From Cycas panzhihuaensis (lineage: Eukaryota > Plantae > Cycadophyta): a DNA stretch of 64,000 bases. Every line of letters starts with the position of its first letter. The first letter of the stretch is position 1. This document shows positions 23,822 to 37,750 of this stretch, in pieces. The notes below the pieces were generated by a model, which was given only the letters and a program-made list of their open reading frames with translations, searched no databases and was not told the DNA's origin. The position numbers and the translations under genes were made by a program. The DNA lies in contig CM041465.1 in assembly GCA_023213395.1 (NCBI GenBank), positions 53,575,741-53,639,740 of the forward strand, written 5' to 3'.

Positions 23822-26800
23822 TGTTAATCTTGTACTAGGAGATAGACAAGTTGAGAGAAAAACTCAATAATATTATTATGAGAGTGTTTGATATAAATAC
23901 AAGAGAAGGTAGGTAATAGTTGGTTCTAGAAGAATAACCAACCTATAACCAACCACTAAGATTATGACATGTGTCAGATATTAATGATAAAACATTATTC
24001 CCTAACACCCTCTCTTAATGATTTATCTCCTTTAAACCTATCTTGTCTCTCAAGTATTGGAACTTTTCTCTTTTCAAAGACTTGGTTAATAGATTTGTAA
24101 TTTGTTCAGCAGTAGAATAATATTTTAATTCAACCTCTTTGCTATGTACTTTTTCTCTAATGAAATGATGGTGAATTTCAATGTGCTTCGTCCTAGCATG
24201 AAACACTAGATTTTTTGTCAATTTGATAGTGCTTTGATTATCACAATATATCATTGTTGCACTGGTTTGAGGGTGATTCAAATTGACCATCAGCTGTCTA
24301 AGCCAAATAGCTTCACAGGTTGCTGTTACAATAGCTTTATATTCTGCTTCCGTTGATGAGAGTGCAACCATCGTCTATTTTTTTGCTACACCATGATATT
24401 ATTGCAGATTATAGAAAGAAGCAATAGCCACTAGTTGATTTCCTTTGACTCTTGTCTTCTACCCAGTCTGAATCACAATATCCAGCAAGTTCTACTGATC
24501 CTCCTCTAGGGTACACTAATTGCAATTCAATTGTTCCACGTAGATATCTTAATATTTTCCAAGCTGCCTTCCAATGTCTTGTTTTTGTTTCCTGCATATA
24601 TCTTGAAAGTATTCCTATGGAGTATGATATGTCAGGTCTGTTGGTTGTAACATAGATTAGACTGCCAATCAATTGCCTATACAGAGTTACATCTACAGTC
24701 TATTCATTTTCATCAGCTACCAAATTACAATTAATTTCCATGGGAGTAGCACATGGATTATACTTTTCCATTCCAAATTTGTTCAGTAAATCCAATATAT
24801 ATTTTCTTTGTGAGACAATAACATATTCCTTCTATTGATTTACTTCTATCACCAAATAATAATTAAGAGGGCCAAGATCTATTATTTCAAATTTCTGTTG
24901 TAGTTGTTCTTTCATTTCTATGATTGAAGCATCATGATTGCTAGTCAATATCATATCGTCTACATATACAGCAACCACTGTAATTTGATTACCTATTTTC
25001 TTGATGTACAAACTGGAATCTGAACCACAATGTTGAAAACCATTGGCACATAAGTATTGATCTAACTTAGCATACCATGCTCTAGGAGCTTGCTTTAGGC
25101 CATATAAAGCCTTTTTTAACTTACATACCAGATGTTCTTAGCCTTGCTTTATATATCCTTCTAGTTGTGTCATATATACATCTTCTTCAAGATCCCCATT
25201 TAAAAATGCACTTTTAACATCAAGTTGAAATATTTTCCAGTTAAGCAAGGTTGAAAGAGCTATTATTGTCTTGACTGTGTTCAACTTGGCTACAGGAGTA
25301 AAAGTTTGTTCAAAATCAATACCTGTTGTTTGAGTATATCCCTTAGCAACAAGCCAAGCTTTATGTTTCTCAATTTTTCCAGTTATTCCATTTTTTATTT
25401 TATAAACCCATCTGTAATTAACTATGGGTTTACCTGGAGGAAGTTCCACTAGATTCCAAGTCTGATTTTTGTTGATTGAGTTCATTTCATCATCCATTAC
25501 TTTTCTCCATTGTGCCTAATTCTGGGCTTCTTGAAAAGATTGTGGTTCATGTTCATCGCTACTGAGTAGAGCTTTGGCCTTTGTCCTCTAGTTTTATGAT
25601 CTAGAATGTTTCCTCCTTCTTCAATGGTCTTTAGGAACCATTTGGGCAATTTCTTTTCATTTTTTGAGTTGTCTCTTTCTTCTAGGCGGGATTCAGCTTC
25701 CTGTATTATATCATTTTCTTCACTAAAATTTTTGTCAGGTGAGCTGGGTAGATTTTCTTCTGTTGTTACATCTGAATGTTCTTCCACAGCATCTTCTTTA
25801 CTAACACTCTTTGTTTCTTCTTCAAGAATTCTAATTTGTGATTGTCCATATGAAAATTCTTCGTTAAACACTACATCTCTACTAACATATATTTTATTTG
25901 TTTTAGGACCAATGCAGTTATAAGCCTTTGAGTTCTTACTGTAACCTATTAGGATACATTCTATGCTTTTTGCATCAACTTTTGTCCTTCTTTTATCTGG
26001 TATATGAACATATGCACGACTACCAAAGACCTTGAGAGAGATGACATCAGGTTTCTTACCTGTCCAAGCTTCTTCTGGAGTGACATTGTCCAGTGCTTTG
26101 GTGGGGCTTCTATTTACAAGATAACACGTTGTATTTACTGCTTCTGCCCAATAGGTTTTTGGAACTTGTTTTTCATGAACCATACTATGAGCCATTTCCA
26201 TCAATGTTCTATTTTTCCTCTCAGTAACTCCATTTGACTATGGAGTATAAGGTGTAGTAATCTGTCTTCGAATTCCATTCTTTTTGCAATATGATAGAAA
26301 TTCATTGGAGATATATTCTCCTCCTCCATCAGACCTTATACACTTAATTTTTGAGACTAATTCAAGTTCCACTTCAGCTTTGAACTCCTTAAAGATTCCA
26401 AAAACTTCAGTTTTATTATGAAGAAAATATACCCAGACTTTTCATGTGAGATCATCAATAAAATTCAGAAAGTATCTACAACCATTTATTAAAAGAGGTG
26501 TAAGAGGTCCGCATAAATCTTCGTGAATTAATTCTAATTTATTTGATGATCTCCATTTACTTTCTTTAAAAGGTAACCTATGAATTTTCCAAACTGACAT
26601 CCTTTGCATATAAAGTTTTCTGAGGAAATATTAAGCAGTCCATGCACCATTTCTGATTTTTTCATTTTTCTTAATGTTTCTACTGGAAAATGCTTGTACT
26701 TCAAATGCCATATTTTATTATCAGAGTTTACAGTAGTACAACCTTTTGGATTCAGATCAGGTATTATCAGATCTGCGATTAACTTGTGCAAGTCATCACT

Positions 26801-28949
26801 CCTTATCCCTTTGGCAATGATCTCTCCATTATTTTTCATGTCCAATATCAAACACATACCATCTTCATCAAATACCATTCTCAACCCCTTCCTACTAAGT
26901 TAGGCAAAGGACAAAAGGTTCATTTTAAGGTCTAGAACTAATAATACATTGCCAATTTTCCTTATGTTACCTTATACATGAATTGAAATGGTGCCTTCTC
27001 CTTTGATTTTTAAAGGGTACTTGTCACCCAATTCAACTAACTTATTAACATTACAAGGTTTTGAGAATTCAAACCAGTCTTCATGATTCATCATATGATG
27101 TGAAGCTCCAGAATCAACAAACCAGGTGTTAGTTTCTTTAGTACCTACTGATAAGGTAGCCATAAATGATGTTTCTTCTTCATCTTCTTTAATCTGTTCC
27201 TTGTTGTAGTTGCCTATTGGTCTTTTCCCTCTCTGAATGTTAATTCTCTTCTGAGAGCACTAATAGGGATAGTGTCCAATTTGCCCGTAATGATAACATA
27301 TGTCAAATGCTCTGTAGGTACTGGCAAAGTGTTTAAATCTACCATAGTTAAAATACATCTTGGAGTCACGACCTCGTCCTCATCCTCTATTATCTAAATG
27401 TTGACCATGAGTGTTGTTCTTAAAGTCAGGAGTCCTTCCTCTTCCACATATTTAACTTCATCCTCATGGCCCTAAGTTTAATCTAGATGCAAATGCATCT
27501 TCAAGCTCAATTAAGTCTTCATACCAGTGATTTCTTTATTCTTATCTAAGCAAAATTCCAGTCAATTCATCAATGGTCATAGTATCAATTTAATTATTAT
27601 TTGTGATGGTGTTGATGGTGACATCAAATGCCTTGGAAACTTTACTGGAAACCATCTGAACAAGTTCAGATTCAGGTAAAATTTCTCCTACGTTCAGAAG
27701 ACCATTTCTGATTGATGTGATCTTATATATAAATTCAGTAATAGACTTATGTTCTTTCATACTCAACTTATACAAATCCTCTTTTAATGTAAAAATTCTA
27801 GCTTTATTCTTTTAACCAAACAAATTTTAAAAGAACCTCCATATGCTTAATATTGATGTCAAATTTTCAACGTAAACCAATAGTGAATCTAAAACTAACA
27901 ACTTGAGGATCATGATACTAGCATTGTCTCTTTCCAGCCAACTAAGAAGGGTAGTATTAGCTTCATCAGGTTTAGCTTCAGCCCCAATAGCAATATTCCA
28001 GGCATTTCTTGCCCTAAGTAAAGTCTCAACTTTTATTTTCTAAATATGATAATTATTTTCTGTGAGTTTATCTTGTTTAGGGAGACCAAATAGTGAAGCA
28101 GCTATTTTTTATTAAGGAGAAAAGGTCTAAAATAGGTCTGGCCATACAGTTGTACAGATTTCTGTACAAAATCCTAACAATACAGATTGAAATGAAATAT
28201 ACCTCAAAATGTAGGTAATTCAGACGCTTAACTAGATCTGAAGACAGATTTACAAAAAAAAAATCTCAGAAGAGAGAAACTGGCCCCGAAAGGAAAAATG
28301 ACAACTAGGGCAAAAAAATATTTTTTGAGAAAACAATAAATGAAAACCTTAGAGAAAATCTTTTAAACTGGTTTAAAACCCTTAGTGCTATCAGTGTAAA
28401 GGATTTAAGATAAAAAATACCTGATTATTTAAGCAAATCAAAGAGATTTTTGGACTAGAGTCTCCAAATCCACGTGGACTGGTTTGGGCTTCGTTTGGCC
28501 TGGAAAATAGCTTTAAATGACTTTGTCATAGAAGAAAAAAATAATCACCATGCTCCGATCTATCTTCCCACCAAATTTCACTTTAATCTAATAACTTTAA
28601 AAAAATGGCATCCATACGGTTCTGTACACTAGAGGATTAATGGCCTTTTAGCGGAACCGGAATCCTATCCTGCTTGTCTCCTTCTTAGACCCTTGACTGG
28701 ATTATTTTTGGTAGAAGAATTCTCCTTTAGAAGAGTAGTTGAGATTGACTTGCTCTGATACCACGTTAATCTTAGACTAGGAGACAGATAGGTTGAGAGA
28801 AAAACTCAATAATATTATTATGAGAGTGTTTGATATAAATACAAGAGAAGGTAGGTAATAGTTGGTTCTAGAAGAATAACCAACCTATAACTAACCACTG
28901 AGATTATGACATGTGTCAAATATTAATGATAAAACATTATTCCCTAACA
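23822..28949 (-). mobile_element. Full-length degenerate Ty1/copia retrotransposon (5128 bp, 186-bp LTRs)
   Basis: LTRs 23822-24007 and 28764-28949; PBS 28752-28763; PPT complement at 24008; TSD GTTTT/GTTTA; empty site gtagttttactagcc in the paralogue near 39236-39250. Confidence 0.97.
24015..28106 (-). pseudogene. copia gag-pol polyprotein, fragmented
   Basis: WFVDSGASHHM protease, YWAEAVNT integrase, FQLDVKSAFLNG RT, GYCDSDW and SSTEAEY...RTKHIEIHHHFIRE RNase H in the ORF track. Confidence 0.96.
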
Positions 28950-30249
28950 GTTTAACTAGCCATAGTGGTGTAGTTAATCCATGAGGGCTCGAGAGGACCT
29001 ACATAGGAACCTATTCTTTAAAGCCATTTGAAGTTATTTTAAGAACCTAGACTTTGTGCCTGATTAATAACCTATTATTTTAGTCATTTCTAAAATATTT
29101 GAGGTTTCATTCTATTGTACTTTTTAATGCACATTTATTAGATTATTTTTATTATCATTTGATATATATTTAGGGATATTTCCATCAATGATTTTTAAAG
29201 TTTAAAGAGTTAATTTCATGTTATTATAGACTATTTTAAAGCATGGTTTGAAGCTATTTTATGGTTATATTAAGGCCTATTTTTAGAGAGTTTGAAGTTA
29301 CTATAGAACCTATTTTTTGAAGTTGTTAGAAGGCTATTTTGATGGTGTTATGAGGTTACTTTGAAGCCTATTAAAAGCTACTAAAAGTTTCTTTTTTGAT
29401 GTTATTTTGGAGATGTAAAAAGGATTGTTTGAAGACTATTTTTAAAGTTATTTGAAGAAGTTTACAAGTATTTTGTAATAGGTTTATTGCGGAGCTTTGA
29501 TTTAAAAGAAATAGGCTATTTTTAAGCTGCTCACAAGTATGTTTTATAGCAAAATAATAGACACTTTACATGCAAGTGGTACCAAAAAGATATGCATGTA
29601 TGATTATCATAATGAAGATCATATCTATGAAAGATACATCATTTTGTTTTCTATCATAGAATGAGCATATGTAGCTGGTGTGTAGCAACCTCCTTGTATG
29701 TCAGTGGGCAAATTACAATGAAGTTGCTAGAAATAGTTGAGGGAGTTTTTTCTTACTATTCATAAGCTAGAAATAACTCCATATTCTTGAAAAAAAAGAA
29801 GTTTCCATAGTTAAGTAGCCTATTCTTTCAAAAAAAAAAAAAGAATAAGGGGATTTTATATGTCAAAATGTAAACACTACACAGTTAAAAAAAGAAAAGT
29901 TTATTTAGGCTAATGGAAATAGAGCCAAACAAGTGCAACAATATTCAAGCCATGTTCAAAAACATATTCAAATCTATTATCAATTCATTTTGTACATTGT
30001 TAAAAAATTTTACATAGATTGGTGGTGTTGATGAATATTGAGGATTTTGAGCCCCATAAATTTATATTTTAGAGGTAGGTAGGAACCTACCTCAACCTCT
30101 AAATTTAAAATATAATAAAATAATAAACAACTTGAAATAAAATAACATTACCTTATCCAAGTGATAGTTAAGGACAACTCACGTGGTCCTAAGATATTTG
30201 CACAAATAAATAAATATAATCAACATTAATCCAAAATTCTCTCCCATAA

Positions 30250-30971
30250 TATTCATTACATACATCTTCAAACTTTTCTTTCACTTTGTGAAACTTGAAC
30301 TTTAGGAAAACTTTAAGAGAGAGATTAAGTGCTTGCTCCTTTACTTTGTCATCATCATGCATTATTGTCCTTACAATGTAGTCCTCTTCAATAATATATG
30401 GTTCAAGTGATTTCCATACTTGTCTTAGTAGGATGAGGTTGATATGATTTGAATGAGTAGGTGTGGCTTTATTAAGATCTGTGTCTTCTTCAACTTTTAC
30501 CTTATTGAAGTCAATTTAGTCAAAGTTATATACAACATCATCAAATGCAATAATGTGATCATCAATTTTATTGAAATCATTGATAGTACATACAATATTA
30601 GCCAATACATTATTATTAACCTACTTTATTCTTTGTCCCATATGTAAAACATCATTAGTATAATTAGTTTCCTTTCGTTCTATAATGTCTCTCCCATAAA
30701 CTAATTCCAAGGTATCCCATACAGTTTTAGACATGGTCATTTCACCAATACTAGTGAATTTAGTGTTATCTAATACACAAAAAATTAATGCTAAAGCCTC
30801 ATTATCTTTTCTTATATTTTGTTTAAAATTTAGTTCATCTTCTAAGTAACCATCCTTTATAAACTTCTAAAGATTATTTACAATAAAATATAATTTCATT
30901 ACTTTACTCCAAATTTAAAAATCAGTTCTATCAAATATGAGAAAGCTTATATCACCAATATTCATTGACAT
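30250..30971 (-). pseudogene. copia gag remnant
   Basis: Manual translation from 30971: MSMNIGDISFLIFDRTDF*IWSKVMKLYFIVNNL*KFIKDGY...RKDNEALALIFCVLDNTKFTSIGEMTMSKTVWDTLELVY, the copia gag N-terminal pattern. Confidence 0.8.
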
Positions 30972-32436
30972 TATAAAAGACTTCAATACATAATCTAAAA
31001 GTATGGTTTTGATGAATAAATAAGAATCCCTTTAACCTCAAATAATTTAAAAAATGTAATAGAACTCTTTTCTAATGAACTTTCAATTAGATACCTAGAT
31101 TCCTTCTTAACAAATAAGGAAGATAATTTGATGATGATGTGTATATATATATATATATATCTTTTGAATGAAATCAATGTGAATATAGTGCACCCCTTTG
31201 AAATGAAGCAAACATAAATCAATAATTTTTCTGAAATGATATAATATAACTCTTAAGACAATGAACAACTTAGAATGAAATCAAATCAATAAGATTCCTT
31301 CTTAACACATAAAAGGAGGTAACTAGATAATGAAAATGAAGTATATCGCTTTAAAATGAACTCAATGTAAGATAGAACACCTTCTTGAATGAAAATATAT
31401 ATAACATAAACAAGCTTTCATAATGACTCAAATAAGCTTCTAGAAAAGAAATGATCTTATACACATGCAAAGGGATGCAATCTAAATACACTTTTAGGTG
31501 CAATAAAATAAATCTTAGTTGATATTTTAAGAAAGCTTTAAGAAATGATCACGTTAATGAGAAAAAAGGCCTATTGTGAGCTTCAATATATGAAGGAATA
31601 AGCTATAAATAAATGAAAAATAAATATGCTTTTATATAATCCCCTTTCAAGCTACAAAAGGATGCAAAGTATGCTTTTAGTATAGCCTTGAATATGCACT
31701 TTTATTTGACCTTGAATGCACTTTAAAAGAATGCTTTAAAGAAGCAAGTTAACTTTAAAATAAACAAAAATATACTTTATATGATCTCTAAAGTAAAGAG
31801 TATGAGCTAATAAATAAAGTAGTAGCTTTAAAATAAAGGTATTAAGAGTTAGAGAGCACTAGTTTGAATAATTTACTTTTAAAAGTCTTCTTCTTGTTCA
31901 CGAGGCTAAAGATATCACTAAAATGCTATAAAATTTAAATTTAATCTTTTAAAAATAATTAAAATCAGTTAACAATAGATAAGTAACTCAATAACATGAA
32001 GGTATGCCAAGGTAGAATAAAAAATTAGTTCAAAATATCTGAAAAGCTATTAAACTAGAGTCAACCAAGAGGCCTAATATAACTAGACTTAAAACCCTAT
32101 AAAACAACTTTAAATCTTATTAAAATCCACTTTAATATGTAGATCCTCAAATTACCTTTCCAACAGATCCAATCGTTCCAAAAATGAACTCTTTGATTAA
32201 AAGTTATAGTAAAAATAATGAAAGGGCCTCTTTAAGGTAATACAACCAAGTAAGAGGGGCTAAGCCCCTTTGAACTAAGGCCCTTGGTCACATGGAGGGC
32301 CTAAATGATCAACTAATAGGGTCCAAAAGGGCCTACAGGACTTGAAATTTTATAAATAATACTTAATACCCTTTAAATCTAAAATTATAAAAAATAGCTA
32401 ATAAAAGGTTAAAATTTGCCTCTTTAATTAATAAAT

Positions 32437-35400
32437 TGTTAGAAAATGCAACTAAAGCAAACGAGGTTGACATGATCTTTCACATCAGGTAGATAACAAG
32501 TAGAAACAAATCGAACAGGACACCATATTACTGTGGGAAACCCTTACGAGTGAAAACCCACAAATGAATAATATTCACATTATGAAAAAATGATGATACA
32601 TCAAAGATGGACTTTGATCTATATTTATAGATCTAAAGTGCCAAATATAAGTATAAATACATCTATTAGGTCACCACAATCAAGACTATTCCTCTACATA
32701 ATTAGGCATAAAAATAGAAGGCCCACATTACATTAGGTGGTATGGTCACATATTTTAACATCCCCTCTTAATGTAAATGTGGGGCAATAAGGATTATCAC
32801 TAGGAATAAATCCCCTCTCAAGGATAACCTTACTCAACCTAATATGCACAAACGTCGATGTAGCAATATTCACTCGAATGTAATGGTGCCATGCCTCATA
32901 TGTGCTTAATTCATTGGAAATGATCCAACAGACCTACAACCATACAACTCTCTATGTACCTGACACTACGTCCATTCCAATTAGCCATATTCCTCTTAAA
33001 ATATATCAAAGCAACTTTAGAAGATGGCAATTATCATAGAGAAAGACATCTTTACTAAATCAACATGATTTAATAGTCTATCTTTGGGTGACATTATATA
33101 TCAAATTCATGACTCAAATGGCGTAATTACCAGCCAACTAAACTTTAAAAAAAAAGGGTGAACGGTGGGCAAATGTGAATAAATACAAATCTACGATCAT
33201 CTATTTAAGCAATTGTTTAGAGACATAGAGTTATAACAAAGTATTCATAGGTGATGACTATAGTATGATATTTAGACGGTGATGGATTTAATCATACATT
33301 AAACAAGTATTCAACATCATGGCAACACGAAATGGTAGCTGGGCAGATTATTCAACAACGATGAAATGGTGGCTATAATACGATGTGGGCAATGAGAATA
33401 TACATGCAGTTATAGACCACGGGTGTTTAAATGTAGTTTATCAATGGCTCTAAAATGATGGTAGCTCCTGCAATGCACTTCATATAATCGTAATCAGTGG
33501 CAGGGAGGGAACAGTAAATTCATTAACATGGAATCTCTCACACAGCTAGAGAAAATAGTGAAAGTAATAATATGAATGATTAAACTGAACGGGCAACTCT
33601 TTAAATTGTATATTAGATGGCAGTTTATATGTCATAGCAGATGCATATCCACACTGAATTAAAAAACAATGGCTGTGATTGCATATATCAACATGTAGAT
33701 ACAAAGGCAATAATGGAATAGAAGGATATATTAACACACAGGTCTAATATACATTTAAATAGGCAACTTTAGTTGTACACGCATGGGCGATTCTATATAC
33801 TTCAACATACAGCATGACTACCTATGTATCATGCTATTGGAAATAGGTGGAAGTATATGTATATAGATAGTGAGTAAAATAATGCAGGCCATATATTAAT
33901 CAAAGGATTAATAAAAATAATGGAAACTGACATATATAATATACAGTATAATATAATAATGTAGAGGATATGGGTGATGAGACTTTGAACACGTAATATA
34001 TCAATCACTGGTAGTAAGCATAAACAAACCAGCAATATAATATATAGGTGATAATACAAATTAGAAACTCTAAAATATCAACGATGACATTATTATATGA
34101 TGAGCATACCTTATTTTATTGACCATGTGTATTGATTTCATAGCACTGTAATAGCCTCGCTAGGGTTTTTGCACTCTCCCTTGTTGACCATGTTTATTAA
34201 TTTATTGGTAACATGAGGAATATATAGGGTGACTTGATAATGATTCAATGGCATTGAATTTAAGGTGAAAAGATTACATCAAGCTCATTTCATTGGTGAT
34301 GATATGAGATAATAATTTAGATTCTCTTGCATGTAATTGCATGAGAGAGTTATTAAGACGATGTTATGGCAAAGTGATACGTGGTGGTTATGATGTATTT
34401 TTCATTGTAAAATTTTGTTTGGTAATGATGTATGCATGGTGGTGGTCTAATGGTGATTCATGAGGTGTTTAAATGCTCCTTGAGTGTGAGTTACATGAAG
34501 GAGTCTTATAGGCAAAGATGGCAATGATGTATGCTTGTTGCATGTATGATTACATGGCAAATTTTGGGTGTATGTTGAGAATAGGTTTTAAGGGCAAAAT
34601 TGAGAGCCAATTTGAAAGCTAGCATGAGGGTGAGAATGGGCAAGTTTAAGGGAGATAATGGGTGAGATTGGGTGAGAGTTTAGGGAAAAGAAGAGCATGT
34701 ATGAGATACCTTTTTCAACAAATTAATACAAACTCCGTTACTTTGGTTAGTATGCCATTGATCATTGCAAAACAAAGTTCATGATTTATGTGATGATTTA
34801 GTGAAATATGTGAAATAAATATGTAATTTATTCATGATTTACATTCAAGTTCAGTTGCATCAGATGTATATGAGGCGATGAGGTTTAGAATTTGCTTATA
34901 TAAATGGTTGTTGGACTGATTGATAGCATGAGGTGTGTAGCCTTATTTGATGCTGGTTCAACATAGGTGTATATCTGAACAAGTCTGATGTGGAATCGAA
35001 GTAAAGTGCTTAATAAAATTTGAAGTGTGAATGGAAAGGTCTAAGACGAGAAGCCTTAAAATCAATTATGCCTTTTTCATGGTATGTACAGTTAGCCTAT
35101 CAGGTTGCATTGTATGTGGGTATCATGATGCAGATGGTGAGGTTTGGTGCATGTTGTGGTTTTCCTCCCATGGTTTGTTGGCATAAGTTGTAGTGGACAG
35201 GTATGGGATCCCTGTTCATGACTGTTCATGGAATAATTTCCCCTCATAATTCATGTTTGGACCATGTCAGAAGCCTTCCATTTGTTTTCCTTAGTGCATT
35301 GGAGTACACACATCTTAGATGAAGATTGTAGCAGTAGGATTGTAAGCATTTGAAGCATATTAGTTGTTCAGCTTATAAATAGTGTAATCTGTAGGGGAAA

Positions 35401-37750
35401 TGCATGTGATCAGTCTAGATGTTATAGAGTTATTGATGTATCATGTTGAGTATCATTTGGTTATAGGTTTTATTTTGCTTCACTTATTTATGATGTTATT
35501 TAGTAGGTGTGGAGGTTTGTTTGCCTAACATTGTGCTTGAGACGAAAGTAGGACTTAGTGATAGGTTGATGATGAGGAGCTGTTAGATGATGTGATATGG
35601 ATTACAACCCCATGTTTTGTTGATAGTTGAAGACCTACAGGATGATGGAAGATCATGGATTAGCATGCTAGTTAAAACTTTTGATAGATACCGACATTCC
35701 AGTGAGTACAGAATTATAATGGAGAGCTCTATTGAAGCAAGAACTTGGTAAGACTTGTTGTAGGATTTCTAGTAGGAAGAAGGATTAAGGTATGATAAGA
35801 CATTTACACCAATATCTATGTACATTAGTTTATTTGATCCTTACTTTAGTAGCTTCAGATAATTGGGTATTGTATCGTATCATATCATATCAATGTTCCT
35901 TAATGAAGACTTGAAGAGGTGATTCACATGGCTTAAGTGGCTCATCCTCTTGGTTTAGTCACAGGAATATGATTGATTGGAATGGACAAAGTGTCAGGTG
36001 CAAAGAGAGTTGTATGGTTGTAGGTCTGTTGGAGTATTTCCAAAGAATTGAGCACATACGAGGCATGGCACCATTACATCTGAGTGAAGATCGCTACATC
36101 GACGTTTGTGTATATTGGGTTGAGTAAGGTTATCCTTGAGAGGGGATTTATTCCCAATGATAATCCTTGTTGCCCCACATTTACATTAAGAGGAGATGTT
36201 AAAATATGTGAGTATACCACCTAATGTAATGTGGGCCTCTTATTTTTATGCCTAATTATGTGGAGGAATAGTCTTGGTTATGGTGACCTAATGGATGTAT
36301 TTGTACTTATATTTGGCATTTTAGATCTATAAATATAGATCAAAGTCCATCTTTGATATATCATCATTTTTTCATAATTTGAATATTATTCATTTGTGGG
36401 TTTTCACCTGTAAGGGTTTTCCACAGCAATATGGTATCCTGTGCAATCTATTTTTGTTTGTTATCTGCAGATGTGAAAGATCTTATTGACCTTGCTTACT
36501 TTAGTTACATTTTCTAACATGGTATCAGAGCATGTAGGTCGTACATAGGCATATGAATGTTGTTAGAGGTCTAATTGATGGTGCCAGGTCATGTTGGCTT
36601 GCCCTTAGCAGATTGGCATACCTAATAACCTTGTAGAGCATCCATTGTAGTGTAGATGATCACTAAGGATCATGAGAGCCTTTTATCCATTATTTGCATG
36701 TACTTTGAGCTATGTGGAGGTGTGTAGATAAGTTTTAACTCCGTTGATTATCATATGAAGGTTATTTAAACTTGTTGAAGGTGTTGGATCCCCAATTGAC
36801 AATGTTGTTGAGTTTGGATGCCCTAGGGTTGATTTCCAACCCTATGTTACCAGTGGGAGAGTGACGAAACCCTAATGAGCATGTTGCAGAGTCATGAAGT
36901 CATAATACGGTCAATATAAAGCTGCATGATGAGTGTTGGCATCACCCAACCATGATATTAACTGAGTCACGTTGTGATTACTCCGTTGAGCCACTGGTTG
37001 TCGTCACCCACATGCACTTGTTATCATTGTAATCTACATGTTGATGATTGAATTCCATCACTGTTGTCTTCATATTACAGTTCATCAATCGAATGCAACA
37101 TCATCCTCATGAATTATATCATCTTGTGTGCTGTGGAGAGTCACCCAGTGAAGTAGTCTATTATAGTTTATTGCTATCTGCCATAGTTTACAGTTTGCAT
37201 CAATGTGAAGATAATTTATAGTTTGTGTTAAGGTGAAGATGCTATCTTAATGATGTAGGCTATTTCATCACTTGTGTGATGATATTCAGTCACCTGGATG
37301 AGGTTTTAATAGCCTTCATGTCACACACTTAATCGCGTTTTTTTTTTTTATAAACACCGCCTTCATTTTTTTTACAGTCTTCCATGGATATGCAACCATT
37401 ATTTTTCTATATACAGCTCTGATACCATGTTAGAAAATATAACTAAAGTAAACAAAGTCAATAGGATCTTTCACATCAGGTAGAAAATAAGTAGAAACAG
37501 ATCGCTAGGACACCCTATTGCCATGGGAAACCCTTACGGGTGAAAACCCACAAATGAATAATATTCATATTATGACAACATGATGATATATCAAAGATGG
37601 ACTTTGATCTATATTTATAGATCTAAAGTGCCAAATATAAATACAAATACATCCATTAGGTCACCATAATCGACATTATTCCTCCACATAATTAGGTATA
37701 AAAATAGGAGGCCCACATTATATTAGGTGGTATGGTCACATATGTTAACA
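32437..37750 (-). mobile_element. Non-coding LTR element (TRIM/LARD-like) with an extra inverted internal LTR
   Basis: Outer LTRs 32437-32760 and 37428-37750; TSD TAAAT; PBS 37416-37427; PPT complement tcccctctt at 32761; no retro-domain ORF recognised. Confidence 0.93.
36197..36519 (+). repeat. Third, inverted LTR flanked by PPT upstream and PBS downstream
   Basis: Reverse complement of the outer LTRs; aagaggaga just before 36197; tggtatcagagc at 36520-36531; inverted homology covers 35963-36519 vs 32437-32993. Confidence 0.93.

Larger units (their letters stand above)
23601..29911 (+). repeat. Left copy of a ~1.17 kb direct duplication (23601-23821 + 28950-29911, split by a copia insertion)
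   Basis: Colinear with 39024-40196 from gagatt(t/a)tatcc to aagtttatttaggct. Confidence 0.92.

Noticed and set aside
24452-26903. Plus-strand ORFs inside the copia
   Set aside because: Antisense to pol, with no independent signal.
35189-35530. Possible extra solo LTR ending in cctaaca
   Set aside because: No matching TSD, partner LTR or PBS found.
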